A stretch of 62,145 nt of DNA, the filler included. It is 8 parts of 8 records of this genome, joined end to end, with 100 filler letters (N's around TTAATTAATTAA, not from the genome) between each part and the next. Parts side by side here need not be neighbours in the genome. Positions count along the whole stretch, not along the records: positions 26,469 to 46,298 come from SRR20825010_5875; positions 46,399 to 50,974 come from SRR20825010_5882; 6 more parts are not named here. One strand, given 5' to 3'. Below, in pieces: positions 40,590-51,074 of the stretch. Made by a program: the position numbers and the translations under genes. Each line of letters opens with the position of its first letter. The stretch's first letter is position 1. Below the pieces are notes generated by a model. It worked only from the letters and a program-made list of their open reading frames with translations. It ran no database searches and was not told the DNA's origin.

Positions 40590-43500
40590 TCACCACGTAT
40601 CGACAAAGGAGCGGCGCTTGCCCCCGTCTGTCTTTACGGGCGGAACGGATTTCAGACCACGTGTGATCCAGCGGCGCGTCTCGACAGGATCAATGACCTG
40701 ATCGATCTCGAGGAAAGAGGCCATATTAATCGCCTTGCCATGCTCGTAGGAGCGGGCAACTTTTTCGTCAAAAAAGGCCTTCTGCTCAGCAGGATCGGTG
40801 AGCGCTTCCATCTCCTTGCGATAACCAAGCCGCACAGCGCCCTCAAGCCCCATGCCACCAAACTCGCCTGTCGGCCACGACACAATGAAGAACGGCGCAT
40901 GGAAGCTGCCACCCGCCATACCTTGCGCACCAAGACCATAACCTTTACGCAATACTACCGTGAAGATCGGCACAGTCATCGATCCGGCCGTGACAAACAT
41001 GCGGCTAACACGGCGCACAAGCGCGGTCTTTTCTGCATCCGGCCCCACCATGAAACCGGGCGTGTCGCAAAGCGAAAGAATAGGCAGCCCGAACGCGTCG
41101 CAAAGCTGCATGAAGCGAGAAGCTTTATCTGCAGCATCACCATCAATAGCGCCTGCAAGATGTGTCGGATTATTCGCGATGAGACCCATGGGGCGACCCT
41201 CGACCCGGACAAGGGCTGTGACCATGCCGTGACCGAAATCACGACGCAACTCCAATACCGAGCCTGTGTCGCACAAGCCGTCGATGACCGCACGAATATC
41301 ATAAATGCGCAGACGGTTCTCGGGGATCACATGGCGCAGGATGCGCTGATCGGCGCACGTCCAATCTTTGGTCACACCTTGAAAATAGGAGAGATATTTC
41401 TTTGTGGCGGCCACCGCCTCTGCTTCATCCTCGACCAGAATGTCGATGACACCATTGGGCGACTGGACAGAAACGGGACCGACTTCATCGGGCGTGAACA
41501 CACCAAGCCCACCCCCTTCGATCATGGCCGGACCGCCCATACCGATATTGGAGTTCTTCGTCGCAATAATGACATCGCTTGATCCCAGCAACGCCGCATT
41601 ACCCGCAAAGCATCGGCCCGAATTGACGCCGACACGCGGTACTAGACCCGACATGCGGGCATAGGCGAGAAAGCTTGGCGTATCGAGACCGGCAACACCC
41701 AAACTGTCCGTATCGCCCGGACGACCGCCACCGCCTTCGGTGAAAAACACAATCGGCGTTTTCCACTCCTCCGCAAGTTTGAACATGCGGTCTTTTTTCT
41801 TGTGGTTCATCGCGCCCTGCGTGCCCGCAAAGACCGTGTAGTCATATGACAGAACGAGTGCGCGGGATTTCTCCTCGTCAAACTCGGCGCCATTGATGGA
41901 ACCAAAGCCGGAAATCATCCCATCGGCAGGGCTCATCTTTTTCAGCTCGTCCATCGGACGACGCCGACGCTGCGCGGCAAGCATCATCGAGCCATATTCG
42001 ATAAAGCTTCCCTCGTCACATAGGTCTTCGATATTCTCGCGCGCTGTACGCTGGTTGGTCTTACGGCGACGCGCCACCGCATCGGGGCGGCCCTCATCAA
42101 GCCCCGAGAGCACACGGTCGCGCACTTCCTGAAGGTCTGGCCTGATATAATCGAGATCGACCGCCTCCTCGGCCACGACTGCACCTTCGCCGACATCTTT
42201 CGGCTCAATGAAAATAAGCGGCTGACCTTCAAACAACACTTCGCCTGCGGCAGCAGCCACAAGACGGACAATGCCGCTTTGGTCGGCCATCACGAGATGT
42301 TCCATCTTCATGGCTTCCAGCACAGCAATCTGCTGACCGCGATGGACCGTGTCGCCATCTGCCACTTCGATCTGGACGACCTTGCCCTGCATGGGCGCGC
42401 CGACGGGAACGGAATTTTCCGGACCTTTCACATGCGCATTTTCAGCCGTCACACCACCTGTTGCACTTCCCGCAAAAAAACGATGCGTATCGTCAGCCAG
42501 CGGCTTTACCAGATCGCTCGCATGACTTTCGATAAAACGTGTGGTGATAGCGTTCGCGGCAAATGCCTCATGCGCCACGAGGTTGCGCAGGAAAGGAATA
42601 TTCGTCGCGACCCCTTCAATGCGGAACTCGGCCAACGCACGGGCTGCGCGGCGCACAGCGTCGGCATAGCGCGGGCTGCGCGAATGAATGATGAGCTTGG
42701 CGAGCAACGAATCGAAGCTCGGACTGGTGCGGTAGCCCGCATAGCCGAATGTATCGACCCGCAAGCCCGGACCCGATGGAGGCTCGAAAGCGGCCAATGT
42801 GCCACCCGCAGGCTTTGCATTGCCATCGGCTTCCATGGTTTCCATATTGACGCGAAGCTGAATTGCAAACCCTAGCGGTGCAGGCACTGACGCCTGCGAC
42901 AAACCGATGACAGACAGCGCCTCGCCACCTGCAATACGCAATTGTGTTTGCACAAGATCGATGCCGGTGACTTCTTCTGTCACTGTATGCTCGACCTGCA
43001 AACGCGGATTGGCCTCGATAAAGGCGAAGGTTTTCATATCGGACGCATCGACCAGAAACTCGAACGTGCCCAGATTGTCGTAATGCGCGGCCTTGGCGAG
43101 CGTGACGGCGGCAGATGTCAGCGCCTCACGCAATTCGGGGCTCAGTGAAGGGCTTGGCGCTATCTCGACAAGTTTCTGATTGCGACGCTGCGCGGAACAT
43201 TCGCGCTCATGCAGATGGATAATCTCGCCTGATGCGTCACCGACAATCTGCACTTCGATGTGACGGGCCTGTTCGATGAGCTTTTCGATATAGACATCAC
43301 CAGACCCGAAAGCGGCTTTGGCTTCTGACTGGCAACGTGCATAGGCCTCATCAATTTCGGACGCATCGCGCACAGGCCGCATACCCCGCCCGCCGCCGCC
43401 GGCGACAGCCTTGATCATCATCGCGCCATGAGAGGCGAAGAACGCCTTGGCTTGCTCAAGTGTGGTCGCGCCTTCTGTACCCGCCAGCAAAGAGACGCCC

Positions 43501-43877
43501 GTTTTTCTCGCTAAAGCCTTGGCTTTGATCTTATCGCCGAACAGCTCGAGCGCCTCGACATTTGGTCCGACAAAGGTGATGCCCGCCGCTGCACAGGCCC
43601 GTGCGAAGTCGGCATTTTCCGAGAGAAACCCATAGCCTGGATGAATTGCGTCACAGTTTGCCTCACGTGCTGCCGCAATAACTTGCGCAATGTCGAGATA
43701 GGCGGAAGCCCCATGACCTTTCAATGCGTGCGTATCGTCACTGACACGCGTATGGAGCGAGAGCGCATCGTCTTCGGAATAGACCGATGTGGTGAAAATT
43801 CCGAGATCGGCGGCGGCGCGCGCAATACGAATGGCGATTTCGCCTCTATTGGCGATCAGCAAATGGGTGATAGTCAT
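40590..43877 (-). CDS. Single-chain BC-BCCP-CT acyl-CoA carboxylase (LCC-type)
   Basis: IANRGEIA, GGGGRGMR, NPRLQVEH (BC); EAMKM biotinylation site; GGGRPGD and DTPGFMVG (CT), all in one 1095-aa chain. Confidence 0.92.
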   Translation of the reverse strand: MTITHLLIANRGEIAIRIARAAADLGIFTTSVYSEDDALSLHTRVSDDTHALKGHGASAYLDIAQVIAAAREANCDAIHPGYGFLSENADFARACAAAGITFVGPNVEALELFGDKIKAKALARKTGVSLLAGTEGATTLEQAKAFFASHGAMMIKAVAGGGGRGMRPVRDASEIDEAYARCQSEAKAAFGSGDVYIEKLIEQARHIEVQIVGDASGEIIHLHERECSAQRRNQKLVEIAPSPSLSPELREALTSAAVTLAKAAHYDNLGTFEFLVDASDMKTFAFIEANPRLQVEHTVTEEVTGIDLVQTQLRIAGGEALSVIGLSQASVPAPLGFAIQLRVNMETMEADGNAKPAGGTLAAFEPPSGPGLRVDTFGYAGYRTSPSFDSLLAKLIIHSRSPRYADAVRRAARALAEFRIEGVATNIPFLRNLVAHEAFAANAITTRFIESHASDLVKPLADDTHRFFAGSATGGVTAENAHVKGPENSVPVGAPMQGKVVQIEVADGDTVHRGQQIAVLEAMKMEHLVMADQSGIVRLVAAAAGEVLFEGQPLIFIEPKDVGEGAVVAEEAVDLDYIRPDLQEVRDRVLSGLDEGRPDAVARRRKTNQRTARENIEDLCDEGSFIEYGSMMLAAQRRRRPMDELKKMSPADGMISGFGSINGAEFDEEKSRALVLSYDYTVFAGTQGAMNHKKKDRMFKLAEEWKTPIVFFTEGGGGRPGDTDSLGVAGLDTPSFLAYARMSGLVPRVGVNSGRCFAGNAALLGSSDVIIATKNSNIGMGGPAMIEGGGLGVFTPDEVGPVSVQSPNGVIDILVEDEAEAVAATKKYLSYFQGVTKDWTCADQRILRHVIPENRLRIYDIRAVIDGLCDTGSVLELRRDFGHGMVTALVRVEGRPMGLIANNPTHLAGAIDGDAADKASRFMQLCDAFGLPILSLCDTPGFMVGPDAEKTALVRRVSRMFVTAGSMTVPIFTVVLRKGYGLGAQGMAGGSFHAPFFIVSWPTGEFGGMGLEGAVRLGYRKEMEALTDPAEQKAFFDEKVARSYEHGKAINMASFLEIDQVIDPVETRRWITRGLKSVPPVKTDGGKRRSFVDTW

Positions 43878-43955
43878 AGCGCTCCCAAGGATCTTTTGTT
43901 TTTGAATATCTGTTGGGCACAGGTTAGACCGCTAAAGGGGCATTGGAGAAGGCTT

Positions 43956-45185
43956 TTGGGACATTCAGACGCGCGCATCGCCATTATCGGCGGCGGACCG
44001 GCAGGCCTAATGGCGGCTGACGCCCTTATTGCACGCGGATACCGCCCGCACCTCTTCGATGCCATGCCCTCGCTTGGCCGAAAATTTCTTATGGCGGGCA
44101 AAAGCGGCCTTAACCTGACTCATTCGGAAGATTACGACACATTCGTCACGCGTTTCGGCGCAGCCAATGACAGTTTGCGCAGCGCCCTAGATGCTTTTCC
44201 ACCGGCCCGCGTGGTGAAATGGGCAGCCGATCTGGGGATCGAGACCTTTACCGGTTCATCCGGTCGCATTTTCCCGACCGACTTCAAGGCAGCGCCCCTA
44301 TTGCGCCTCTGGCTGAAAGAGATGCGCGGCAAGGGCCTGACCATACATGTCCGGCACAAATGGACAGGCTGGGACGAGAACGGCGCGCTACAATTCGATA
44401 CGCGCGAGGGAGCAGCTACATTCGAGGCGAATGCCACATTACTCGCAATGGGTGGCTCAAGCTGGCCGCAACTCGGCTCAGATGGCGCATGGACCCAGGC
44501 CTTGGAAGAAAAAGGGATTGCGACAGAACCCTTCAGGCCCGCCAATTGCGGCTTTGATGTGAATTGGACACCCTTTATCTCCGAGCGCTTTGCCGGCGCG
44601 CCTGTGAAGCCTGTCACCTTGAGCTTTGGAGACGAAAGCCATAGGGGCGAATTTGTAATCACACGCAATGGCGTGGAGGGCAGCGGCATATATGCGCTTT
44701 CGACGAGATTGCGCGATACGATTGAACGCAACGGCAGTGCGAACGTGATGCTGGATCTAGCTCCTGACCGCAGCGTGGAACGCCTGAAAGGTAATCTCTC
44801 GCGTCCCCGCGATAAATCTTCCTTTGCAAACTTCCTGCGCAAAGTGACCGGCATTGAGGGTGTTAAAGCCGCCTTACTGCGCGAATGCCTGCCCAAAGAA
44901 ACATTCGACGATATGGACGCATTGGCCCATGGCATCAAGGCAACGCCATTGGTACTCACGCGTCCCCGTCCGATCGGGGAAGCCATTTCGACTGCCGGTG
45001 GCATTAAGCGCGATGCACTGAACGTGAGCTATATGCTGAACGCTCTGGAGGGCATGTTTTGCGCAGGAGAAATGATCGACTGGGAAGCACCCACCGGCGG
45101 CTATTTGCTGAATGCATGTTTTGCCACAGGATATGCGGCGGGCAATGGCATGGCCGATTGGCTGGATAACAAAACGAGAAAATAG
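43956..45185 (+). CDS. HI0933/BaiN-like flavoprotein (TIGR03862-type)
   Basis: IIGGGPAGL, GRKFLMAGKSGLNLTH, GSSGRIFP, GEMIDWEAPTGGYLL; TTG start after GGAG. Confidence 0.88.
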   Translation: MGHSDARIAIIGGGPAGLMAADALIARGYRPHLFDAMPSLGRKFLMAGKSGLNLTHSEDYDTFVTRFGAANDSLRSALDAFPPARVVKWAADLGIETFTGSSGRIFPTDFKAAPLLRLWLKEMRGKGLTIHVRHKWTGWDENGALQFDTREGAATFEANATLLAMGGSSWPQLGSDGAWTQALEEKGIATEPFRPANCGFDVNWTPFISERFAGAPVKPVTLSFGDESHRGEFVITRNGVEGSGIYALSTRLRDTIERNGSANVMLDLAPDRSVERLKGNLSRPRDKSSFANFLRKVTGIEGVKAALLRECLPKETFDDMDALAHGIKATPLVLTRPRPIGEAISTAGGIKRDALNVSYMLNALEGMFCAGEMIDWEAPTGGYLLNACFATGYAAGNGMADWLDNKTRK

Positions 45186-45195
45186 GGGTTCAAAA

Positions 45196-45873
45196 ATGCC
45201 GTTCGATTTATTCACGCGACATGACGGTTTCGAAGCATTGCGCCTTTTGTTGGCGGCATCCTCTCTGATGATGGCCTGTGGCTACATGGCCATCGAGGCG
45301 CATCCGGCGAATGGTTTACGCACCACTTTCAAGACACTCTCGATTTCACTGCTCGCACCGCTACCATTCTTTCTGCTCGAAACAGGACCCGTGTGGGCAC
45401 TGCTCGCACTCAGCCTTGCACTTGTCTTTGGCAGCGCGGGAGATTTCTTTCTGGCGCTGAAAGGCGAAGCGATCAACTTCAAGCGCGGGATTGTCGCCTT
45501 CCTGATCGGCCATCTTTTTTATCTCGCCGTCATGCTGCCGCGCCTTGTCATACCCACACCTCTGCAAATCGCAGGCATGGCCTTGCTCGCAATCATGGCA
45601 ATCGGCGTATGCTGGCACCTCTCACCCAGGCTCGGCGCCTATAAAAAGCCGGTCTGGGTCTATATGGGTGTCATCGCACTGATGGCACTGGCGGCCCTTG
45701 CCATGCCCTCCCCCCTGACGGGCGCGGGTGCATTGCTCTTTGTCTTTTCAGACACAGTAATCGTGATGCACCAGTTTGGCCGCCCCGTGCCTTATCGCGG
45801 ACCGATTGTCTGGGTGACCTATTATGTCGGACAGATATTGCTGGCAGGAAGCCTGCTGACGCTACTTGGCTAG
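45196..45873 (+). CDS. YhhN/lysoplasmalogenase family membrane protein
   Basis: GD.FL, F..G...FLIGH..Y, PVWVY, GALLFVFSD, VWVTYY.GQ. Confidence 0.85.
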   Translation: MPFDLFTRHDGFEALRLLLAASSLMMACGYMAIEAHPANGLRTTFKTLSISLLAPLPFFLLETGPVWALLALSLALVFGSAGDFFLALKGEAINFKRGIVAFLIGHLFYLAVMLPRLVIPTPLQIAGMALLAIMAIGVCWHLSPRLGAYKKPVWVYMGVIALMALAALAMPSPLTGAGALLFVFSDTVIVMHQFGRPVPYRGPIVWVTYYVGQILLAGSLLTLLG

Positions 45874-46298
45874 ACCGAGAGCATATGGCCTTCCGACGGG
45901 CTGACACGACCGTCCAGCATATCGAGATAGACCCGCGCCATATCCTTTTCGCCACGGCCTGACACGACCTTCATCCAGGCAGGCACCGAAGCTAGAAACG
46001 CCTTCCACTTCGCGCCATAGCGCTGCTCAATGCCACCCGGTCCCCAGTCTTCCGTACGCTTGGCAATCTGCGTGGGCGCAAAGAAGAAAACAGGTTTCGG
46101 TCCGGGCAAAGCCTTGCCCACACCACGCGCTTCCCAATGGGTGCCGCCGACAACGCAGCTATATTTCATCGCATCACGAAAATGATTATGCAGATCGGCA
46201 ATCACTTCTGAATTGCCCGCCATGTCCACAAAAACGATAGGCAAATCAGCAGGGATAGTTCCGATCGCATCATAGGTGACGACACGATCATAATAGCC
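45870..46298 (-). CDS. DUF2855-family protein, 5'-truncated
   Basis: GYYDRVVTYD..VDMAG..VGGTHW..FFFAP..WG pattern. Confidence 0.7.
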   Translation of the reverse strand, partial: GYYDRVVTYDAIGTIPADLPIVFVDMAGNSEVIADLHNHFRDAMKYSCVVGGTHWEARGVGKALPGPKPVFFFAPTQIAKRTEDWGPGGIEQRYGAKWKAFLASVPAWMKVVSGRGEKDMARVYLDMLDGRVSPSEGHMLSV

Positions 46299-46398
46299 NN
46301 NNNNNNNNNNNNNNNNNNNNNNNNNNNNNNNNNNNNNNNNNNTTAATTAATTAANNNNNNNNNNNNNNNNNNNNNNNNNNNNNNNNNNNNNNNNNNNN
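46299..46398. other. Artificial contig spacer
   Basis: N44-TTAATTAATTAA-N44. Confidence 0.97.
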
Positions 46399-46925
46399 AA
46401 GCCCGCACCCTGCTGCAGAAAGCCGGCGCGGACGGTCTCGACCTGTCGCTTTCCTTCGGCACCGATCCCGACATCATGATCGTGGCGCAGGTTCTGCAGG
46501 CCCAGCTTGCAGAGGTCGGCATCAATCTGTCGATCCGCCAGATGGACAGCGCCACGATGATTGCCGAAGCACAGGATAATGACGGTGGCGGATACCAGAA
46601 TATCGAGCTTGTCATCGAACCGTTCACCACCACGCCGGACCCGAGCTGGGTGACGGAATGGTTTACCTGCGATCAGGTCGGCGTGTGGAATTTCCAGCGC
46701 ACCTGCTCTCCCGAATGGGATGCCAGGAATGCCGCAGCCGTGAAGGAAACGGATCCCGCGAAACGTGAGCAGATGTATACCGAACTGCAGGATGAGCTCG
46801 AGGAAACCGGGGCCTATGTGTTTCTCTACCACGGCGTCAACGCCTGGGTCACAAAACCCGGCATCGAGCCTGCCTTCAAGCCGGATGCGCAGATTGCATT
46901 CCTCAGGGACTTCAAGCCTGCCTGA
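46399..46925 (+). CDS. Family-5 (peptide/nickel) ABC substrate-binding protein, 5'-truncated
   Basis: ARTLLQKAG, AQVLQAQLAEVGI, DPAKREQMYTELQ. Confidence 0.85.
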
Positions 46926-47005
46926 GAAAGACCGGGGGCGGGCCGAAGCCCGACCCGCTCCCTCGCCTGCCGGCGCCGCCGGCGGCAACGACCGGGAACA
47001 ACATC

Positions 47006-49000
47006 ATGCAAAACTTCTCCGTGCGCGTGACCGGCGACAAGCCGGCGCCGTTTCAGCAGATCGTCATCCCGCTCTCGGACGGAACCAGGCTGACAGCGCG
47101 TCTGTGGCTGCCGGAAAAGCCCGCCGCCTCGAAAGTGCCGGTCATTCTGGAGTGGATTCCCTATCGCCAGTCCGACGGCACGGCGCTTGCCGACAGCATG
47201 ATGCACGGATATTTCGCCGAAAGCGGCCTTGCCGCCTGCCGTGTGGACATTCGCGGATCCGGCAATTCCGAGGGACTTTTGCACGATGAATATCTCCAGC
47301 AGGAACAGGATGACGCGCTCGAAGTGATCGCCTGGCTCGCCGCCCAGAACTGGTGCAACGGCAATGTCGGCATGATCGGGATCTCCTGGGGCGGCTTTGC
47401 CGGCCTGCAGATTGCCGCCCGCCGACCGCCGGCCCTGAAGGCCATTGTCACCGCCTGTTCGACCGACGATCGCTACAGCGACGACGTGCATTTCATGGGC
47501 GGAGCGCTTCTGAGCGACGGCATGCAATGGGGCACGGGCCTGTTCACCCAACTCGGCCGGCCCGCCGATCCGAAGCATGCGGGGCCAGGCTGGCGCGACA
47601 TATGGATGGCCAGGCTGGAAGGCCTCGAGCCGCCGCTTGCGGGCTGGCTGTCGCATATGGAGCGGGACGCCTTCTGGCAACACGGTTCGGTCTGCGAGAA
47701 TTACGGCGATATCGCATGCCCCGTCTTTGCCGTCGGCGGCTGGGTCGACGGCTATTCCGACCCGATCCTGCGGCTGATGGAAAACCTGACCGTGCCCCGC
47801 AAAGGCCTGATCGGGCCGTGGACCCACATGTATCCGACCTGGGGTCAGCCCGGCCCGCAGATCGGCTTCCTGCAGGAATGCATGCGCTGGTGGCGACACT
47901 GGCTGCTTGACGAGGACACGGGCATGATGGACGAGCCGATGCTGCGTCTCTGGGTCGGCGAAGATCCAAAGCCCGACGCCGTCGCGCCCGAAATCGGCGG
48001 CCGCTGGATCGGACTTGACGCCTGGCCTCCGAAACCGCCGGAGACGACCCTGTTCGCGGACGGTCGCGGCCTTGCGGCAGAACCCGGCAGGACGGAGCGC
48101 GAGATCGTGATCGACAGCCCGCTCACACTGGGAACGACCGGCGGCGAGTGGTGCCCCCTCGATGCCGGCGGCAACGGCCCTGAATTTGCCAGCGACCAGA
48201 GCGTCGATGACGGGCAATCGCTCTGTTTCGATACGCGCTGCCTTGAAGCGCCCCTGCATCTGGCCGGCCATGCCGCCCTGAGGCTTCGGCTTGCGTTCAC
48301 GGCAAGGCGCGCCCTTCTTGTCATCCGCCTCAATGAAGTGCAGCCTGACGGCGCCTCCGCCCGGGTCACCTTTACCGCACGGCGCCTGAAACGCCCTGAG
48401 GGGATCGCCCCGGACGATTTTTTTGAGGTCGAGATCCCGATAAACGCCGTCGCGCACCGGTTTGCGCCCGGCAGCCGGCTGAGGCTGGCGCTTTCAACGA
48501 GCTATTGGCCGATGATCTGGCCGGAGGCTTTCGAAAACGCCATCCGGCTGATGCCGGAAGGCCTGAAACTCACGCTGCCCGGCATGCCGCCGGAAGCAGA
48601 TCATCGCCAGCCGGAATTCGAAGGTGCTATCCATGCCAGCCCCATCTCGAGCATTACCCATGTAGCGCCGGAGTACCGGCGGTGGATCACGCTTGATCAG
48701 GCAAGCGGAAAACTCGAGCTTCGCTGCGAGGACACGCCATCGACATCGGAAATCGACGGGCTTTCGATCACCGGGCGCTATGATCACGATTATTCCATTC
48801 TGCCGCGCCAGGGAAATTCCGCTCGCGCCGGCTTTCAGTTTTCCCAGACCTATGAACGCGGTGACTGGAAGGTCTCGATCGAAACCGACACCCAGGTTTT
48901 CCGGGAAAACGGAAAGCTCGCGCTGAAGTCGCGTTTTACCGCCAGCGAGGCCGACCGCGTCGTGTTCGAGCGTAACTGGACCCATCATTTCGATTATTGA
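47006..49000 (+). CDS. CocE/NonD family (peptidase S15) hydrolase
   Basis: DGTRL, PYR, DIRGSGNSEG, GISWGG nucleophile, GGWVDGY, GPWTH. Confidence 0.9.
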   Translation: MQNFSVRVTGDKPAPFQQIVIPLSDGTRLTARLWLPEKPAASKVPVILEWIPYRQSDGTALADSMMHGYFAESGLAACRVDIRGSGNSEGLLHDEYLQQEQDDALEVIAWLAAQNWCNGNVGMIGISWGGFAGLQIAARRPPALKAIVTACSTDDRYSDDVHFMGGALLSDGMQWGTGLFTQLGRPADPKHAGPGWRDIWMARLEGLEPPLAGWLSHMERDAFWQHGSVCENYGDIACPVFAVGGWVDGYSDPILRLMENLTVPRKGLIGPWTHMYPTWGQPGPQIGFLQECMRWWRHWLLDEDTGMMDEPMLRLWVGEDPKPDAVAPEIGGRWIGLDAWPPKPPETTLFADGRGLAAEPGRTEREIVIDSPLTLGTTGGEWCPLDAGGNGPEFASDQSVDDGQSLCFDTRCLEAPLHLAGHAALRLRLAFTARRALLVIRLNEVQPDGASARVTFTARRLKRPEGIAPDDFFEVEIPINAVAHRFAPGSRLRLALSTSYWPMIWPEAFENAIRLMPEGLKLTLPGMPPEADHRQPEFEGAIHASPISSITHVAPEYRRWITLDQASGKLELRCEDTPSTSEIDGLSITGRYDHDYSILPRQGNSARAGFQFSQTYERGDWKVSIETDTQVFRENGKLALKSRFTASEADRVVFERNWTHHFDY

Positions 49001-49008
49001 GGCAAGCC

Positions 49009-49632
49009 ATGAGTGATATCGTTGAGATAAAGGTTCCCGCTCGACAGGGGCGGATGATCGCGCTGAGTGCCGGCGATCTGGTCGATGTGGTCAATGTACA
49101 TGGCGGCCAGGTGGTCGACACCTGGGCCTTTGCCCGCGACAATCCGGCTGAATACATGTCGATGGAGCACAGCCACGTGCTGCATTACCGGCTGAATTTC
49201 ACGCCGGGCGACGCGCTTTGCACCGATAACTGGCGCACAATCATGACCTTCGTCGAGGATACCTCACCCGGCATCCACGACACGCTTTGCCCGGCCTGCT
49301 GCGAACCGAGCTATAACATCTTCTACGGACACGAGGGCTATCACGACAATTGCAGCGACAACCTGAAAGGCCAGTTTGCAAAGCGCGGCGTACCGTTTCA
49401 CCGGGTGCCGACGCCCTGGAACCTGTTCATGGAAACAATCGTCGAAAACAGCAATGAACTGAAAGATATGCCAGGCACGACGATGCCCGGCCAATATGTT
49501 CGCCTGCGGGCGGAGATCGACTGTTATTTCGCAGTTTCCGCCTGCCCGCAGGACCTGATCGTCATCAATGGCGACGACGGCGTACCACGCGACATCGCCT
49601 TGCGCGTCCGCCGCAGAACGAACGAAGACTGA
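49009..49632 (+). CDS. DUF1989 (urea carboxylase-associated family) protein
   Basis: GGQVVDTWAF, HDTLCPAC, CSDN, PWNLFM, SACPQD; GAGG RBS. Confidence 0.85.
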   Translation: MSDIVEIKVPARQGRMIALSAGDLVDVVNVHGGQVVDTWAFARDNPAEYMSMEHSHVLHYRLNFTPGDALCTDNWRTIMTFVEDTSPGIHDTLCPACCEPSYNIFYGHEGYHDNCSDNLKGQFAKRGVPFHRVPTPWNLFMETIVENSNELKDMPGTTMPGQYVRLRAEIDCYFAVSACPQDLIVINGDDGVPRDIALRVRRRTNED

Positions 49633-49949
49633 GCCTTCCAACGGTCCATATCGTCACGGATGCCCATGGACCCCGAAGACGAGACGGGCGTCCGCGTCGT
49701 TCTTTATCCCGGCAGGAGCTTCGGCGTGAGCGTCGAGAAGACGTCTGTCGGCCGGCCCTTTCTCCCTCGCTGCCGGGCAATTCCACCCGGTTGCGCAGCG
49801 CCCTGACGACAGGCATTCGTTACTGATTCCAAAACATAATTCGGGCCGCGCCGCATTTTCTCCATGGGCACAACAGCAAGTTCGCGCTTAACGGCGGCAG
49901 TCTTCTCCTTTACAGCTGCCGCATTGTCTTGAAAATGGAATGTGTCGAC

Positions 49950-50974
49950 ATGTCTTCGGTTCTTTGGATTCTTGTTATCCTCCTCGTGGCGCTCGCTGTT
50001 TCGAACGCCGGGGTGAGAAGCCGCTTGAAGCGACTGGAGGATGACCAGCGGAAAACCCGTGACCGCCTGGAACGGCTGGAACGCCGGGGGCAAGACGATC
50101 AGGAAAGGGCTGTTCCCGAAACTGCGGACGGTGCCGAAAAATCGCCAACCGGCCAGTCGTCCGGCAGAGTGGAACCACCTGCAGCCGAAACCGTCGTGCC
50201 GCCGGAGGATGCAGGGCCGACTGAAGCCGTCGAGGCGCCCGCTGCAGTCAAAGGTCCTCCACGGGCCTTTGTCTTTACCGGAACGCTCATGCGGCAGTTC
50301 GGACAATGGATTCGCCAGAACTGGACGATCGCTCTCGCGGCGCTTTCGCTTGCGCTGGGCGGTATTTTCATGGTGCAATACGGGGTCGAAAACGGACTTC
50401 TGACGCCGTTCTGGCGCGTTGCCGGGGCACTGTTGCTGGGAGCGCTGCTGGTCGGCGCCGGCGAGGCGCTCCGCCGCCGCTACGGTGACGAGACGACGGA
50501 CTCGACGCGCTCCCTGCCCTCGGTCTTTGCCGGGGCGGGACTGGTGACGCTTTTTTCCGCCGTGCTCGCCGCCCGCCTTCTCTATGGGCTGGTTTCCGCC
50601 GAGACGACGCTTGCCGGGCTGGTTCTGGTCAGTATCCTGGCGGTGGCGCTCGGCTGGCTCTACGGCTCCGTGCTGAGTGCCGTCGGCATTATCGGCGCCA
50701 CGGCCGCGCCCTTTCTCGTCGGCGGCGAAGCGGAGAGCGGCTGGCTGTTCTTCTACTATTTCGCCTTCATCGCGATTGCCGGCCTTGCCGTCGACAGTGT
50801 CAAGCGCTGGGCATGGGTCTCCGCCGTCGTTCTGATCGCAACCGCGACGGCCGCCACCCTGCTTTATGTCACGATGGGCGGCCTGATCCATTATACGGCC
50901 TTTCTTGCGCTTTCCTGGCTGGCGGCCGTCATCATTCCGGTTCAGAGCTTCGTTCCATCGCATGCAGGCCAGAC
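49950..50974 (+). CDS. DUF2339 family membrane protein, 3'-truncated
   Basis: N-terminal TM and coil, Pro/Ala/Glu linker, NW..AL...LALGGIFMVQYGVENGLL followed by many TM helices. Confidence 0.8.
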
Positions 50975-51074
50975 NNNNNNNNNNNNNNNNNNNNNNNNNN
51001 NNNNNNNNNNNNNNNNNNTTAATTAATTAANNNNNNNNNNNNNNNNNNNNNNNNNNNNNNNNNNNNNNNNNNNN
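50975..51074. other. Artificial contig spacer
   Basis: N44-TTAATTAATTAA-N44. Confidence 0.97.

Noticed and set aside
43641-43955. 105-codon N-terminal extension of the flavoprotein in the ORF track
   Set aside because: Overlaps the carboxylase on the other strand; family similarity begins at TTG 43956, which has an RBS
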